Source: Epiperipatus broadwayi (taxonomy: Eukaryota; Animalia; Onychophora). From it: DNA of 64,000 nucleotides. The stretch lies in NCBI GenBank assembly GCA_028023455.1, contig JAQFVV010000001.1, positions 15,314,001 through 15,378,000 on the forward strand, read 5' to 3'. The translations under genes were made by a program, and so were the position numbers. Below, one piece after another: positions 40,250-54,600 of the stretch (its first letter is position 1; each line of letters begins with the position of its first letter). Below the pieces are notes generated by a model. It searched no databases. It was not told where the DNA came from and saw nothing but the letters and a program-made list of their open reading frames with translations.

Positions 40250-43200
40250 GTTTTATTTTTAATCATGAAAACATTACATTAATAGCATAGATAATTTACA
40301 TGTCTTTAGAAAATACAATTGTCCCATTTTAATATTTACAGTGTGGTTAGATATTATTGATATAATGATATCCTTTATCTGATTTTCCTTTTACATAATC
40401 TCTAAACCATCTTTGCTATAACATATTTTGATTTTTTTTATTGAAATCTTTCTGAATTAATTTGCTCAGAAAGACAGCAACTAGGCTGATAATTGCCTTG
40501 TTATTTAGTGTAGATGGTGTCACATGTTGATGCAACATGAGTGTACATAGCATTTCATAGTTATAATGCTTAACTGTTTTTTCAGCAACTTTATTGGATT
40601 CAAGATGTTATAGTTATGTTTATTTCTTAAATTTTTCAAACTTGTTGATATAAATGCAGATCCATTATGTCACAATCATCTCAGTAAGCCAGCATAGAAA
40701 ATATTTTAGCTTATAATTCTACTATTCCAGTATTTATTACAGACTTCACCCATTGGGAATATGCATAACTACTATCAAAATAATGACCATTGAATGGACC
40801 AGCATAATCCACATAATTCTTTTTTATGATTTGTTTGCTATAGGCCATGACACTAAACTTTTTTTATTTTTATTGATAAATTGCTATACTTTAACATATA
40901 ATTCTTCATATTTTTATTAATTTTCAGGTATCAAATATATCTTTAGATCAACTTTCACATGTTCTATGCCAATATGATGCTAGTAAATTAATTTTAATAC
41001 ATGCCTGTTTTCTTTTCTGCAATGGTATTACAATTGTCTTTCATTAGGATGCATACTTTGAAGTTAATTATTCTTGTTTATTTTAAAATGAGATTAACAT
41101 AATATTTATTTTTACAATCAATTCTTTAAAAATCCAGTCATTAGGATTTGGTACCTTTTGTCTTTATTGTTAACCCTGTCAGTTTTAGTGCATCTATGAA
41201 TGCACATTTATATAGTTAATTTCAGCTTTTATCTATATAGATTTCTTCTTGATTGGCATTCTTGACAGAATATCTGAGTTAGATGTAACTTCCTTTTTAA
41301 TATGCTAATTCAAAATCACAGAGTAATAAAATAATGCTCCAGTATAGCAAGCACAAACTTGAGGATCAAATCATGGTTTTATTTTTGATGTAATCCTAAT
41401 AGTGTTTTAAGATTAATGATGATCTTGAACAAGTATCGATATAAATGTTGGTGATACTTTTCAATTCCAAACATAATTATCAATGCTTCTTTGTCAAGTT
41501 GTTTATAATTTCTCTAGCCCTTAATATTAGACAAGATAAGAAATCAATCTTCCACACATACATATTTGATAACTGATTATAGCATTATTTCTGTTGCTAT
41601 TAAAGAACATTAATAATTTATCTGTGGTGAAAAATACTTTCATTTGAGCTGTCCCCACCGGCATCTACAATTTATATGAAGAATATTGTAAACTGTTTCC
41701 ACAAATTCTAAAGATGCTTGAAATTTATTTGACATTTGTAGGTGTAGAGGTCTGTGACTTTTCAAGAGTACGATATTTTTTCTTTCTTGATATAATACAT
41801 CCTAAAAAAAATATTTCTTCTGTTCTCCAGATATCCTTTCAGGGTTCAACTTTGCTTCAGAATAATGAATGCATCATAACAGGGCTCTACTTCCCCCATT
41901 TCTTGAAGTAGAATGTTTATTTTAATCTGGAATAGATTTACAATTACATTCAAAAAGTGTAAGCTTTCATGATATTTAACACTGGATATACATCCATACA
42001 TATGTTTTTATTCATACTTACTTAATAATTTTCATAAATATGTACTTATATGAGTAGCCTAATTGGATCTTTGCATCGAGTTTAATATTCATTTTCTGTC
42101 AAATTTTCTCTTCTTTATTTGCTATTTGACAGTACTCAAGTTTCCTTGTTTTATATATAAAAGTTTTTGCATTGTTTAAGTTTTCTCCACTCAGATTTAA
42201 ATACATAAGAAAAAAAATATTGTACCTCCTTTTCCATAAAAGTATGATTTAGCATATTGAGATAAATTCCTGAAGAAATGAATCACTCATGATTGAAATA
42301 GAATGTGATTTTTCCAACACAATATACAAATTTAAACCAGACTCTTTGAAATATAGTTCAACTAAAACTTTTACCATTCCATATATATACATATTGCATC
42401 TTTTGTGTTTTAGATTTTTCAATCCATAAAGATTTTTACATTTAGCTCACAAGAATTCCTACTCTTTTTAATGATAGCAAGATATTTAAACTATTATATA
42501 TTTCCATAGAAGTATTTATTTTACATACATTCAAATGACATGTATTGATCTGATTTTACTGAATATTTTTCAACTATATTTCATTATTTTTTCTATTTAT
42601 TTTTCCAATTAGAATAGTTGATTTCTTTTTATGTTTTCCCATCTGGAAAATTTTTGCCATGTGGTCTCTATTTTTGCAGATATCACACTTTATATTTTTC
42701 ATTTTACAATTTCATGTTAAATAGTCTTGTTTCCACACAGAAAAACATTTCCAGTTGCTGGAATCATACTCTCTTAAACTTATTTTTATTGCATTTGCCT
42801 TTCAGTTATAACACTAACATATCACCATGAAGATTGTTCAAGAACCACTTCCTTCATAAAATGTCCATATACTGCTTTCTTAGCTGGATCTCAGAGTAAT
42901 GCATTTTCTTATATATTTTCAATAGTTTCCTAAATTGGAAATATAATTTAATTATGTATTTGAATAAAATAATTATTCAGTTTTTTCTTATGATTTTATT
43001 GTAAAAAAAATCTATCAAGATTGACAGTTCACCTATTTTATTAGTAATCTTAATCACTCTCTCCCTTGAAAAATGTAATAGTGCAACAATCTTTGATTTA
43101 TTGTTATCTTGATTAGTTTTTTTTTGCTTTATACAAAAACCATTTGATGTCATTATTTACAATAAAATTGGCAAGATTTGTCCCCTTAATGACATTCCCT

Positions 43201-43250
43201 TTTTATTCTTATATGTTTTGTTGATGTAAATTGATGTAGAAAAATGACAC
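40250..43250 (-). mobile_element. Decayed Ty3/Gypsy pol (RT-RNaseH-integrase order)
   Basis: Integrase SWP.ANKS..RI.VDYAGPFNGHY..IV..AYS.WV (~40760-40850), NGSAFIS (~40665-40685), WFRDY and RHVNYL (~40295-40400). RNaseH FKIIINLKTLLGL and SNSDILSRMP (~41260-41430). TPTNVK (~41730-41750). No LTRs recognised. Confidence 0.75.
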
Positions 43251-45556
43251 TCTGCATCATGTTGGGAAAGTTAATTTTTTCTTAATATGTCAATATTTTC
43301 TTTTTCACCTGAGCTGGTAGACTAAAAAAAAAGTCAAATGTGCCAGCATGTTATGAATAATAAGATATCTCTACCATGGCCAAGGTTCAATTCTTGGCTT
43401 AATCAGACATACATAGAGTTTGAAAAATTAAGATCACACATTCAATAATAACAAAATATAAACCATATATTGTTAATACAATCAAATATAATTCCAATTA
43501 AATAGTTATCCAAAGGTTTACACAAATAATACTTAAGAACTATACAACTTGTAAATATTTTAATCTTTGCATCCACTTATTGACTTAAGAGGGGTGAATG
43601 TTCTGGAACTGAGTTTACTCCTGGTAAAATCATATAGGCCTTTTTCTAGAAATATGCTAGGCTATATTTATATCTTTTAAGTTTTAAATGAATAATAAAT
43701 AAAACAAGATTTCATAAGAAGTAATTAATCCAGTGTTTTTATGTTAAACAACCTACAGCTTATCTTTTAACTAACTTATTTTTCAATCCTAAGAGAGATT
43801 ATTTGTTTTTAATTAGCAATTTCTAATCTCTTTATGTATAATTAATACATTAAAATATTGTTTAATTTGTATATTTTTTATTTATACAAAATATTCAAAT
43901 CACCCTCCCAAATGTTTTTTCAGCAATGCCTTCTGTGAATAAATATAACGTCTGAACTTCAAACAGCATAAGTTTAGGAAAATAATTTGAATCTTTTGTA
44001 TTAGAATTTTCAGCTAGTGATATGTACTAAGATATTGTTTTTAAATGATAAATTATGTCTTATATTGTATTAATATTTACAGCATGCTAATGAATAAATA
44101 ACAGTATATAATATCAAATGCAGTATTGCAGGATAGACACTAATTTGAAAAAAGAAAAGACTGATTATATTCTATATTGCAGTTCAAATATAAATTTGAA
44201 AAAACATGATGATTTTAAGAAAATAGTAATATAAATTTAACAAACAAAACAAAAAATATAAAGGCAGTTTATTTCCTATATATAAAATCTAATTTTACAT
44301 CATTTTCACCCCTGTTTAAGACCAGCTGAAACCTCTAACAAATATTTTTTTGCATGTCTATAGACCTTTTGATTTCCTCTTATATATAAATAGAATGACA
44401 TACAGTTTATTTTTAAAAAGTTATACCAGAATTTAAACTGACCCTTAGGATTGAAATAAATCTTTTAATGGCATAGATTCTTCTTTTATACAAAATCTAT
44501 ACAACTATTGTGTATTGTACTCCTATATATGTTAACATGTTTGAAATCAGATCATATGTTCTTGGGAATATTTTATCATTAAGCATGTAACTTAATGATA
44601 AAGCAATTAATAAAATAAAAATAAATGAGACAACTTTGTTATAAAAATATTTTATTTCAACTAATTAAATTACATACTTCGGTTATATTAGAGAGAGAAG
44701 CTTATTTTAAATTTATAACATTTATTTTATAGTAAGATTCTAAATTATTTTCTTTAATAAATCTCTGAATAAAATATGTTAAGATAAGAATGCATCAAAT
44801 AAATTATATATTTACACAGTCTACTAATTTAAGCTACAGTTTAATTTATTTCAAGATAATAAATAAACAGAAAAGTAATGATTTCTCAATATTGAGATTA
44901 CTAAATAAATTTTCATTATGACCTTCTAAAAGAAAATCTAGCAATAAATGAAATAGAAACACATCCCATATATTCAAAATGCTCTTTAATAGTTTGGAAT
45001 TTTTTAAAGTTAGAACCAGAAAAATATACAAATAAATTTTACCTGAAACCTAACTAGAGGCAAAATAAATAAATGATGCACTCAAATACCCAGTAGTTAT
45101 TTTATAATAACATTTCTATAAGATTAAAATTTCTTTTTGATGTCTTAAAATTGTCAGAAATAATATTTTGTTTATATAATTTAAATTTTGAACTTATATA
45201 CACACATTCACATATATACACACTATCACAAAAACTATTTTTTATAGATACAGAAACATTTACTTAATGTTATTTACAATTAATCAAATTCTGTCTGCTT
45301 TTGTACATTGGTAATTGCTAAGTATAAAAAAAAAAATTGTCATTACTTGAAGATCTCATTATTTGCAAATATTAATAATAGTAATATTATGAAATTTAGA
45401 CAAATTCAAAGATACTTCCATATGCAGTTTATATATATCACACAACTATTTAAGGCACTTCTAGGTCTGCTGCGACTCTATAGACAATGCTTCAATACAC
45501 ATTTAAGTTCCTATATATGTAAATAAATAATTTAGTGATTTATATATAAATAAATC

Positions 45557-45753
45557 TTGTGGAAGGAAATGAAACACACGCACTATTGGATTGATATACT
45601 GTATTACATTTATACACATTAATCCATCAATAAGAATGAGTTCTAAGCATAAATGATTCACTTATGCTTTCAAAACACTTATTGATAGGTGAGCAAGTGC
45701 AAATTTAATATATCAATCCAATAGTGCAAGTGTACAGATATCTTTCCTTCCAC
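45557..45753. repeat. Fold-back (inverted repeat) element, no HHR recognised
   Basis: gtggaaggaaa..gcactattggattgatata..tcaataag..aagcataa pairs with ttatgctt..cttattga..tatatcaatccaatagtgc..tttccttccac. Confidence 0.8.
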
Positions 45754-47992
45754 GAGATTTACATTAAGTTCCTATATTATACAATATCAAGAGAAATACT
45801 GAAATGGGTCCCAGAATGAAATGGCTTTAAAATTTAATATTAAATGCACTAAGTCACTTATCTAAAATCAATATAGTTTCAATGCTGTATTTCTTTTGTT
45901 AGTAAAAAAACTAGAATGACCAAAAAATATACCCACTTCTCAATGATATGTATATACCTTAAACAATAACTACTACATTTATCATTTACCATGCAACCAA
46001 AAGATATTTGGATTGCGGCAAATACTTAAGTTACCATTTTACATAATTATTTTTTAATATATTCAATACAAAAAAAAAAAAAAAGAAAATCCAGTATTTC
46101 ATTTATATAATTTTAAAATTTAAATATGACTATCAATAAAATGGTTTATGGTTAACGTTGCTTTAATACAACTTATTGTAATAATTCAAGAAGATTTCTA
46201 TACTTTCCTAATATGTTTAATAATAATTTGATTATGATTGTTGAATTTGAAATACATTGATCATACAATTATTTATACTAACATGAAACCTAATTTTTAA
46301 TGTATGGGGTGTCTATATAGAAGACAATTCACTGCATGAATAAAAATAGTGAAGAACATTACTCACTGGGGTGGTGAATGTTTTTAGGGATTTTCCATTC
46401 TTAATTTATGAATAACTAAATACTCATTTATTAACTAATATTGAATAGTTATCTACGATGATTATGCCCAATTTCTTGAAAGAAAAAATTCTAGTCTGGT
46501 TAAAATGAGAAAAAAATTATAAGTTTTACATGGTCTGGATTTAAACTCAAAATCATAGGAATCACAATGTTCTTCTAATCAAAGACATGAATCTTTCTGC
46601 AATAAATCACATCCACATTTTTTTTTAAAAAGTCATTATTTGATTAAATTTTTTGCTATGTAATATTTACAAAATTATACTGTTGGCACACAATAAAAAT
46701 AATTACTCTCTATTGAGTCTTTATTCTAATCTTAAAAGATTGTGCCAAAAATTAAAACAGTACATCTATTTTTTTCTTTTCTAATAGCAAACACCTACTT
46801 TTGAAAACAATATTCTAAAAATTAATAAATAAAATATATTTATTAAGAACAACTAGTGCTTTTTATTTATACTGATTAGAATTAATGAATCACATACACT
46901 TCATATCATTTAGTCACATAATTTGGCAACTTGTATTTTCCTTTATTATCTGCAAAACAGCAGCAGCAAGAACAAAAATGAGACAAAATGAGCAAAGCAA
47001 CAATATATATATATAATTATTATGAATAAGAGATGATTTCTGTTCAATTGACAATTATTATTTTGGCTTTAGTATTAAAATAAAAGTATATACAAAAGGA
47101 TATTAGGTAAAATGTCATGATTCAAAATCTCTATGCTTGTTCTACTTCATTTTTATATTTTTATTGTTATTCACTTGTAATAACAACAACAAAAAACAAT
47201 AATCAGTCCAGATGGTCTACCATTGCAAAAGACTAAAAATTTATGCTCTATATAAAAATCAGGGCAATGCTGGAAATTGATGAGGAAAATATTATGTATC
47301 ATAGTAATCATTTTTTTTTATTACATACAATTCTCTTTTTTTTCAATTGCACAATTAAAAAAACAAATTAAAGATCATTCAAACACAAATCATTCCATTA
47401 AGGATTCCAAGTCCAAAAACATCAGGAATATTAGTGATTATCAATATTATTTATGTTCACCATATTGTATTTTCCCCAAACATGGAAAACTATGAATCTG
47501 GTGTTTACTATGGATATATAGAACAAAACACATATTCCATTATGTGATAATAGAGAGTATTGCCCCAATTGACTTGTTTAAAAATATCAACCAATTTCAG
47601 GATTAGCTGTTTATTGATAATCACCTTTTTTTCTGACTGTACACGATTTCTCTCAATTTCTTCATGGATTCAACATAGATAAAAAGATATGATGGAGTTA
47701 AAACAGTTTTCTTATTTTAAAAAAATGTATTGGTCTTCTAAAATCATAATATTTATTATTATTATAAAAATATAAAAGAAATATTAATGATCTTTATAAA
47801 GAAAATAGCAACAGTATAAGCATATTTTCCATTTAAATGTAAAAGGTGTTTACATTATATAATTTTCATTAGTCATTGCCTATTATCATTTGACTTTGAT
47901 TTTTCTAAAATAAAAATAAGGAATTTCTACATATTTCAAAATATTTGAATATATATATATAATGAAAACAATGCATAATACTAGCTGAAATC

Positions 47993-48181
47993 TATATAAA
48001 ATATTTGAAATTCCCCAATAGCTATATTGTTTCAGCCACTCTCCCCCTTTAAATAAAGAATAGCCTGAATTTTTGCAGCCCCTTGCAAAGATCAATGGGC
48101 TGCAAAAATTCAGGCTATTGTTTATTTAAAGTAGAGTGTGGCTGAAACAATATAGCTATGGGGCATTTCAAATTATTATAT
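47993..48181. repeat. Fold-back (inverted repeat) element, no HHR recognised
   Basis: About 85-bp near-perfect arms, tttgaaattccccaatagctatattgtttcagccac...tgcagccc and gggctgca...gtggctgaaacaatatagctatggggcatttcaaa, around a short spacer. Confidence 0.85.
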
Positions 48182-51100
48182 GAATTTAAAAAAAAAACAC
48201 ACTAAAAAATTAAAAATAAATAATTAGTATTTACCTAAATGCAGATCTAGAATATCCTCTTTAGCTACTGATTATTTTTTTGGCTCTACTCCTAAGATCT
48301 TTGTAACTTTAGGATTATTTAGTAATTTTTCTCCCCCCCCCCAATCCTCCAGAACATCTTTTAGAAGATTGTCTAATCCAGTTTCTTTATTTCTTTTATA
48401 TATTTTTTTTCTGAACTTTTCCCAATACATCAGAATTTCCAATTTTAAGTATCTTATTTCATTAATATTTGCATCCCAAAAGTTAACATACAGTCCTTTA
48501 TAACACATTAAAAATAAATGAAGAATATAAGTAGTATAATAATAAAAAAAGTCAATATGTTAATCTGATGTAAAAAGAGCAAAGCAAAACAAAAAAAGAT
48601 CCTAAGAAATTTACATTGCTGTTAAAAGATTCTACAAATATAATTTTAAAGAATCTAATTCATAATTTAAAATCTTCAAGTAAATAAATAAAATATGCAA
48701 TCAGAATATTTTATTCTAAAATATTGTTTAAATATAGCTTTCTCTATATTCATGGCCATTCTTTTGTAGTTTCAACAACTCCTTATCGGAGGAGGGGGAC
48801 ATTAAATTTCATAAATTTTACATTTACTCACTTGTATAAGTATTATGAATTATTTATCAGTGAAATATTTCTCATCTCATATACTCACTAACATGAATGA
48901 CTATTAACACAGTGAAATTATTATTTTACACGAGCAATAGCACTGCAATGAATTATTAAACAAAAATGTTATTATGGCCCTAAAGCAAGAAGTTAATGAT
49001 GATATAAATTCTATATGAAAAGATAAAAATATAAGAAAAAGTTGTACAGAGAATAAACATACATATATACTCAGCCACTTAGATTTGAATATAAATGTAT
49101 GTAAATGTGCTTATCTAAGCTTGTACTATTCAATCTTTCATAATTAAAATATTCTATATGTATGTGTATGTAAAATGTGGTTCAGTATTATTTGCGGATT
49201 TAAGCATACTTTTAAAGGCTTGAATAGGGGGATCAACTATATTTCAATACAAAAAAATTAAAAAAGGCAAAACCACTGTATATTTTTGAATTGCAGAAGT
49301 CAAATTTCACATGTCTAAAAATTATATATCCATTGTACATGCTGAAATAAAACATCTGTAACCAATGCACTGAAACAGTATTTTAACTGTTTATCAAAGT
49401 TGTATTGTGAAAAGCTTATGAGATGTAAAACATTATCTTTGATTTAGTATACAAGTTAAAAGTAATTATGAATCATAATTTATTTAATGATGATGAAGTG
49501 ATTCTACAATACTATGTTATTCATATTCATAAATAATATATAACTGCTTCATTTAAAATTGTTTATGTCAAAACATGGGATAGTTAATTGATGGAAAACA
49601 AATAGCCAACAACAATATAAATCTACTGATTGATATTCTCATTTTTCAAAAGACACTTTGGAGTAATAAAAATTGTGTTTGACAGATCACATCACATAAA
49701 TTTAAAAATTTGTATAAAACCGCAAATGATTTTTTTTATTTTAAATTTTAGTTTACAAATTCATTTGTATTAATTATTCCTATTTATACTTATGCAATAT
49801 TAATCTTATTTTTTTAGTGTTATTCAATTAAGTAAATTTATATGATTTCTACCCTTATCATTAATTTTTGAATTGTTATCTCTGCATTAGAGCAATTTTG
49901 GTATATACCCAAAAGAAAGAAGATTTTGTGCATCATGCAGTTAATACTCAGCTTTATATAATCAAAGGTTACTAAACATAATTTAAACATATTTATTTGT
50001 TCAATTTTTAAGGTTGTATTTGTTTCTGATATATTCAAGATAATGGTGACTTTTCTTGCAAACATAAAAAAATACAATATCGCTAAAAAAATAAACAAAC
50101 AAAAAGATTAAGTAATCATTTACATTATTAAAACTATAGCAATAAACTATACATTACATTTCTTCATCTAATTCTTATTTAATTTTGATTGTATTTATGT
50201 ACAGTAAATGCATAAAGAATTTGTTTTAAAAAACAAAACAGCACTGCTACAAAAAAAAATTAGTTTTCTTGATTAGATATTTCACAAGTAAAAAATTTTG
50301 ATTGCACCAAAATAAATTTTAAAATATAAATTGTGTTAATTTTTTTTTCTATATGATTTATTTTAACAAACTATGATTCAGTAAATATCATTCCCTAGCT
50401 ATGTAAGAAACAAAATGGTAAACCACCAATGAAGAATTTATAATTTATTTTTAAAAAAAAAAAAAAATTATAGCTACTGAAATATTTTTACAATATATTT
50501 AACCACAGATTAATAATTTTAAAATAATAATATGCTTAATAAAATATTTATCCATTAATTAATACTTGTTTCAATTTCAAGCTTTATTTTTTTTTAACTG
50601 GGTTTTTATATATTTTGAATTTAAGGTAACACATTTTTTCCATAGGAACTCATTATAATTGTTTATTTTGAATATAAGATTTTTGATTTACAAGGCATTT
50701 TTAGGATCTGAGCTTGCTGTCTGAGGTAAAGCTGTATTTATATAGGTTTTACATTTTAGATAAATTGAGCTGTATCAAAAATTATATAAAATAATCAAAA
50801 CATTAGTGCTATTTTTTTTATAAAGTTCTATTCAATGAAAAAAAAGTTTTTTTTTTTTTTAAAAAAAATAGAAAAAGTTTATTAGAATTTTATATATGTA
50901 CTATAGAGTAGTCAGTCTATCACATATCTGCAGTTTCAGTCATGCATGATTCAAAAAAATATATATAAAAAATTACATTTTGATTTTTTAGTACACAATG
51001 CTATATTGTATGTACACAATTTATATATATGTTAAAATGCATATTATATACAGTTCAAAACTGTTTGTGAGTTTTTGGTCTTCATAGTAAGTAAGGTTTG

Positions 51101-51631
51101 GAAACAAATGTCATGGAAATAGTGATGCTATATTTGTAAATGCAATTTCTTCTGTTTCTTAATGAATAGATCAAAAACAATTTAATAAAGAATAAAGCTT
51201 TTTAACTTAAAAAACAAATAAACACACACACAAACATGTTAATGTGTCTATTGGACAAGAGATCTTTTATGGCTTTTAAAGAGACCCCTAGCAAAGAGTG
51301 CTGTACTCAAACAAGGATAAGCACATAGTCATCATTAATAGTAGTGCACCATTGCTTTCCAACAATTCTTACATCAGAATAATATCTCATGTTAATTAAA
51401 AATAAATAATTACAATTTTAGAAAGTGTAATTAGCATGCATATATATGATTATATGTGGATTTATTTAAAATCAGATATGTTTATTAAAAGTCTCTAAGC
51501 AATTGAAATTATGGTCAAACAATATAAAATAACATTAGATCACTATTAGTGTTAGAATGTTCTACTTGTTTGCATATATATATTGATTATATCTTGAGGA
51601 AATATGATTTTTGCACTGAACAAACAATTTT

Positions 51632-51670
51632 CACATTAATTTCAAGATTAATTGATCTCTCATCAGATAC
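51632..51670 (-). ncRNA. Solitary hammerhead-like motif (degenerate)
   Basis: GUAU-CUGAUGA-G-AGAU-CAAUUA-AUCU-U-GAAA-UUAAU-GUG. Core and stem II are good and stem III is palindromic (AUUAAU), but position 17 is G and stem I pairs poorly. Confidence 0.4.
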
Positions 51671-54600
51671 TGAGCATTAGTTTTGAAACAGATGTTTTGG
51701 CTTTAAGCTGTTTGTCTTTATTAGTCACTCACACCTTAATGTTTATATGTGTTAAAAAATAAGTTGCACCTATAGTGTGTGTATATGTATACATTATTAG
51801 TAATATGTTAAAACTTATAATTTAAAATATTCTTCTCTCTTTAAAATAATTATAATTAAAGCTATTCTAATTCTACAATAATTACAGCATTTTAATTTGT
51901 ATTTCTATCAAACTAATATTTTCATTAAAAATATGAATCTTTAATCACATAGGACAGGTATATTTTTAAAAAATAAGTTTAACTTGTCTGTCTCTTTTCT
52001 GATATACAAAATCAAATACTCAAACAACTTGCCCAAAGTAAAATGCATTCTAAGTTACAAAATGGATAAGTAATTTAAATTCCATGTTGAAAATAAAATA
52101 ATGACAGGGGAATTAAAAACTAAAAAAATGCAGTTTTACTTTTTCATTTGTTCTTTCTAAACATCAAATATAGTTAACTTCATTTAAAAAATTACTGGTG
52201 TATTCATTTGTGAAACTATAATCATATCCAAAAGTAGGGTGAGGTTAATCAAAAGTTACAATTTTTAATTTAAAAGGAATTAATATTTATGCTGGATTAT
52301 AAATATTTTGGAATAAATATTCAACATTAATATTAATTGATTAATTTCAAGGAAAACTGCTCCCTTTATTGGAATGTCCAACAAAATTCTTGGATATGAC
52401 TATATATGGAAGCATAAAATCATTTTAAATAAGTGAGAAATGTTAAGTCACAGTAAAACATAGCCACTTTAAAAGGGAATGATTTTTAAAATAATGAAAT
52501 TTTACATAAATTATACTAAAATACAACCATATTTCATGGATTATTTAAATAATTTAATGTAAGTATGAAGTACAAAAAATTAAAAAGTTCATGGATAACA
52601 AATAAATAAATATTTAGTGAACTTATACGTTTGCATATAGTTATGATTTAGACAAGATATATATAATATTAAAGCTATATATAATTTCTTTATTTATCTT
52701 TCAACATAATTATTTATAGTAGTGTATAGAAGTGTACAAAGTAAATAATCTTTATTGTGTTGTTGACTTTGAGCTAAAGATAAAATATTAATCTGTTCTA
52801 TCAATCCTCTTCAAATAAACTGAGAGCAAAAGTACATTTTAATATATCTTACAAAAAAGTCTTTCATAAAAATTATTAGTATTTTAGATGCATATAACTT
52901 TAGTTATTGAACCCTTATAAATAAATGGTGCATATAAAAATAAAAATGGCGAGACACATTTAAATAACAAAATTGTTATAATATTTATATGACTTTTTCT
53001 GTTGCAAATCATCTTTTCTTTTGTAACAATTGATAGTATCTATTATTTCATTTAGTATATAAATTTTTTGAAACCATTAAAAAGGAATATGTAAAGATTC
53101 CTATAAGAACATAAATTTTTTATAGCTTTATTAAATTCATCAATTCTAACACTATGAACAAACATTAACTATTGTTTATTGATTCATAGATTGTGTTTGC
53201 CAAAGCTATGTTGGTTCAAAACCTATTGATATTAGAAAAATCAAATCATGCCAGTTTTACTATTATGTCTACAAAAAACAAAACAAAAAACTATTTGTAT
53301 TTAGATAAAAAAATAATTTTTTTCACTATAATTCATTTGTTTAAAAAATTTCTTGGTTAGTTATTTGGAAAGAAAAATCTTAATTTAAGGCATAGACAAA
53401 TAGATTACAGCCTTTCCTGCAGACTTATAAGTAACATGCTTTTGGAAAACAAGCAAATCATAAAAAACCCATAATAAAAACTCTGGCAATACTTTTTTTA
53501 AAAACTGATTTCAATTGTGTCATTTGCAAACTAATACAAAAAAAGATTTCCCCTCCAGGAGAACTGTTTTGATTCTCGGTGCTTCTGATGATTGAAGTAA
53601 AAATCATTCTTTTAATTAGGATAAAAAATGAAGTGAAAATCTCATATTCTGAGCAAGTCAAATATTCTTAAGTTTTCAAATACTAAAATTATTCATCATT
53701 AAAATACTGATTATTTTTTTATATAAAAGAAATTATATTAAATGTTGAACAGTTCATTTGAATAATTTCTATGAATGTATATATGTATACATTTACATAT
53801 GGATTTAAATTAATGTTGACGGAACTACACACTGTTAAATTTTAAACCATTCAATAAAGCAATAGGGAAAGCAGGCATATAAAAATGGTGCATATATAAA
53901 TTAGACAAAATAATGAAATCATCTGCCATTTTTTCACGATATTTTTGAGATTAGATAGCACTGAAGTAAAAATGCAGCACATACCAACATGTCTAGAATA
54001 CTAAACAGTAATAAAAAATATCTTGACACGAACATGATATCAGTTTCATAAACATGGGAGAACAAATATTATATTAAAACGTTAAATTATTGATATTTTA
54101 TTAGAAGAGTATTGGTATCCAAAATTGCTGAATAGTTTATTGTTCTAAGATTGTCAGTCATGAAGATGATTGCATTTACTAAAACCAGAAAAATAAAACC
54201 TGATAGAATAATTATGCTAAGAACAGTTAGATAATCAGTTATTGATCAATATTGAATGGTTACCTGGGACCGCTATAGGCAACCTAGGATAATGCTATGA
54301 AATTTTAGTCAAAACAATAACAACACACAAACATAGTGGAGCATTAAAAATAATACACAATTTAACATTATAGTGTATATAAAAAAAATCCAACATCAGC
54401 TTCTCAAGCTGAATATTTATAATTATTTCAAAACCAATGGGTTTTGATTTTAAGCATTATGCCTTTTAACAGTAGTGACATGAATGCAAGAACTAAGTAA
54501 TAGATGGCTAGAAAAATATCATAAAATTGAATAAATCCTACACATTTTCTAACTGCTTGATAACAAAAGAAATTCATAAAAAGGTTGCTTTTTTCAATTG

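Noticed and set aside
48272-48508. ORF 48272-48508 as a host exon or Tc1 fragment
   Set aside because: The frame depends on a G homopolymer and stops before the nearby donor. The Tc1-like KRNKETG similarity is too short to call.
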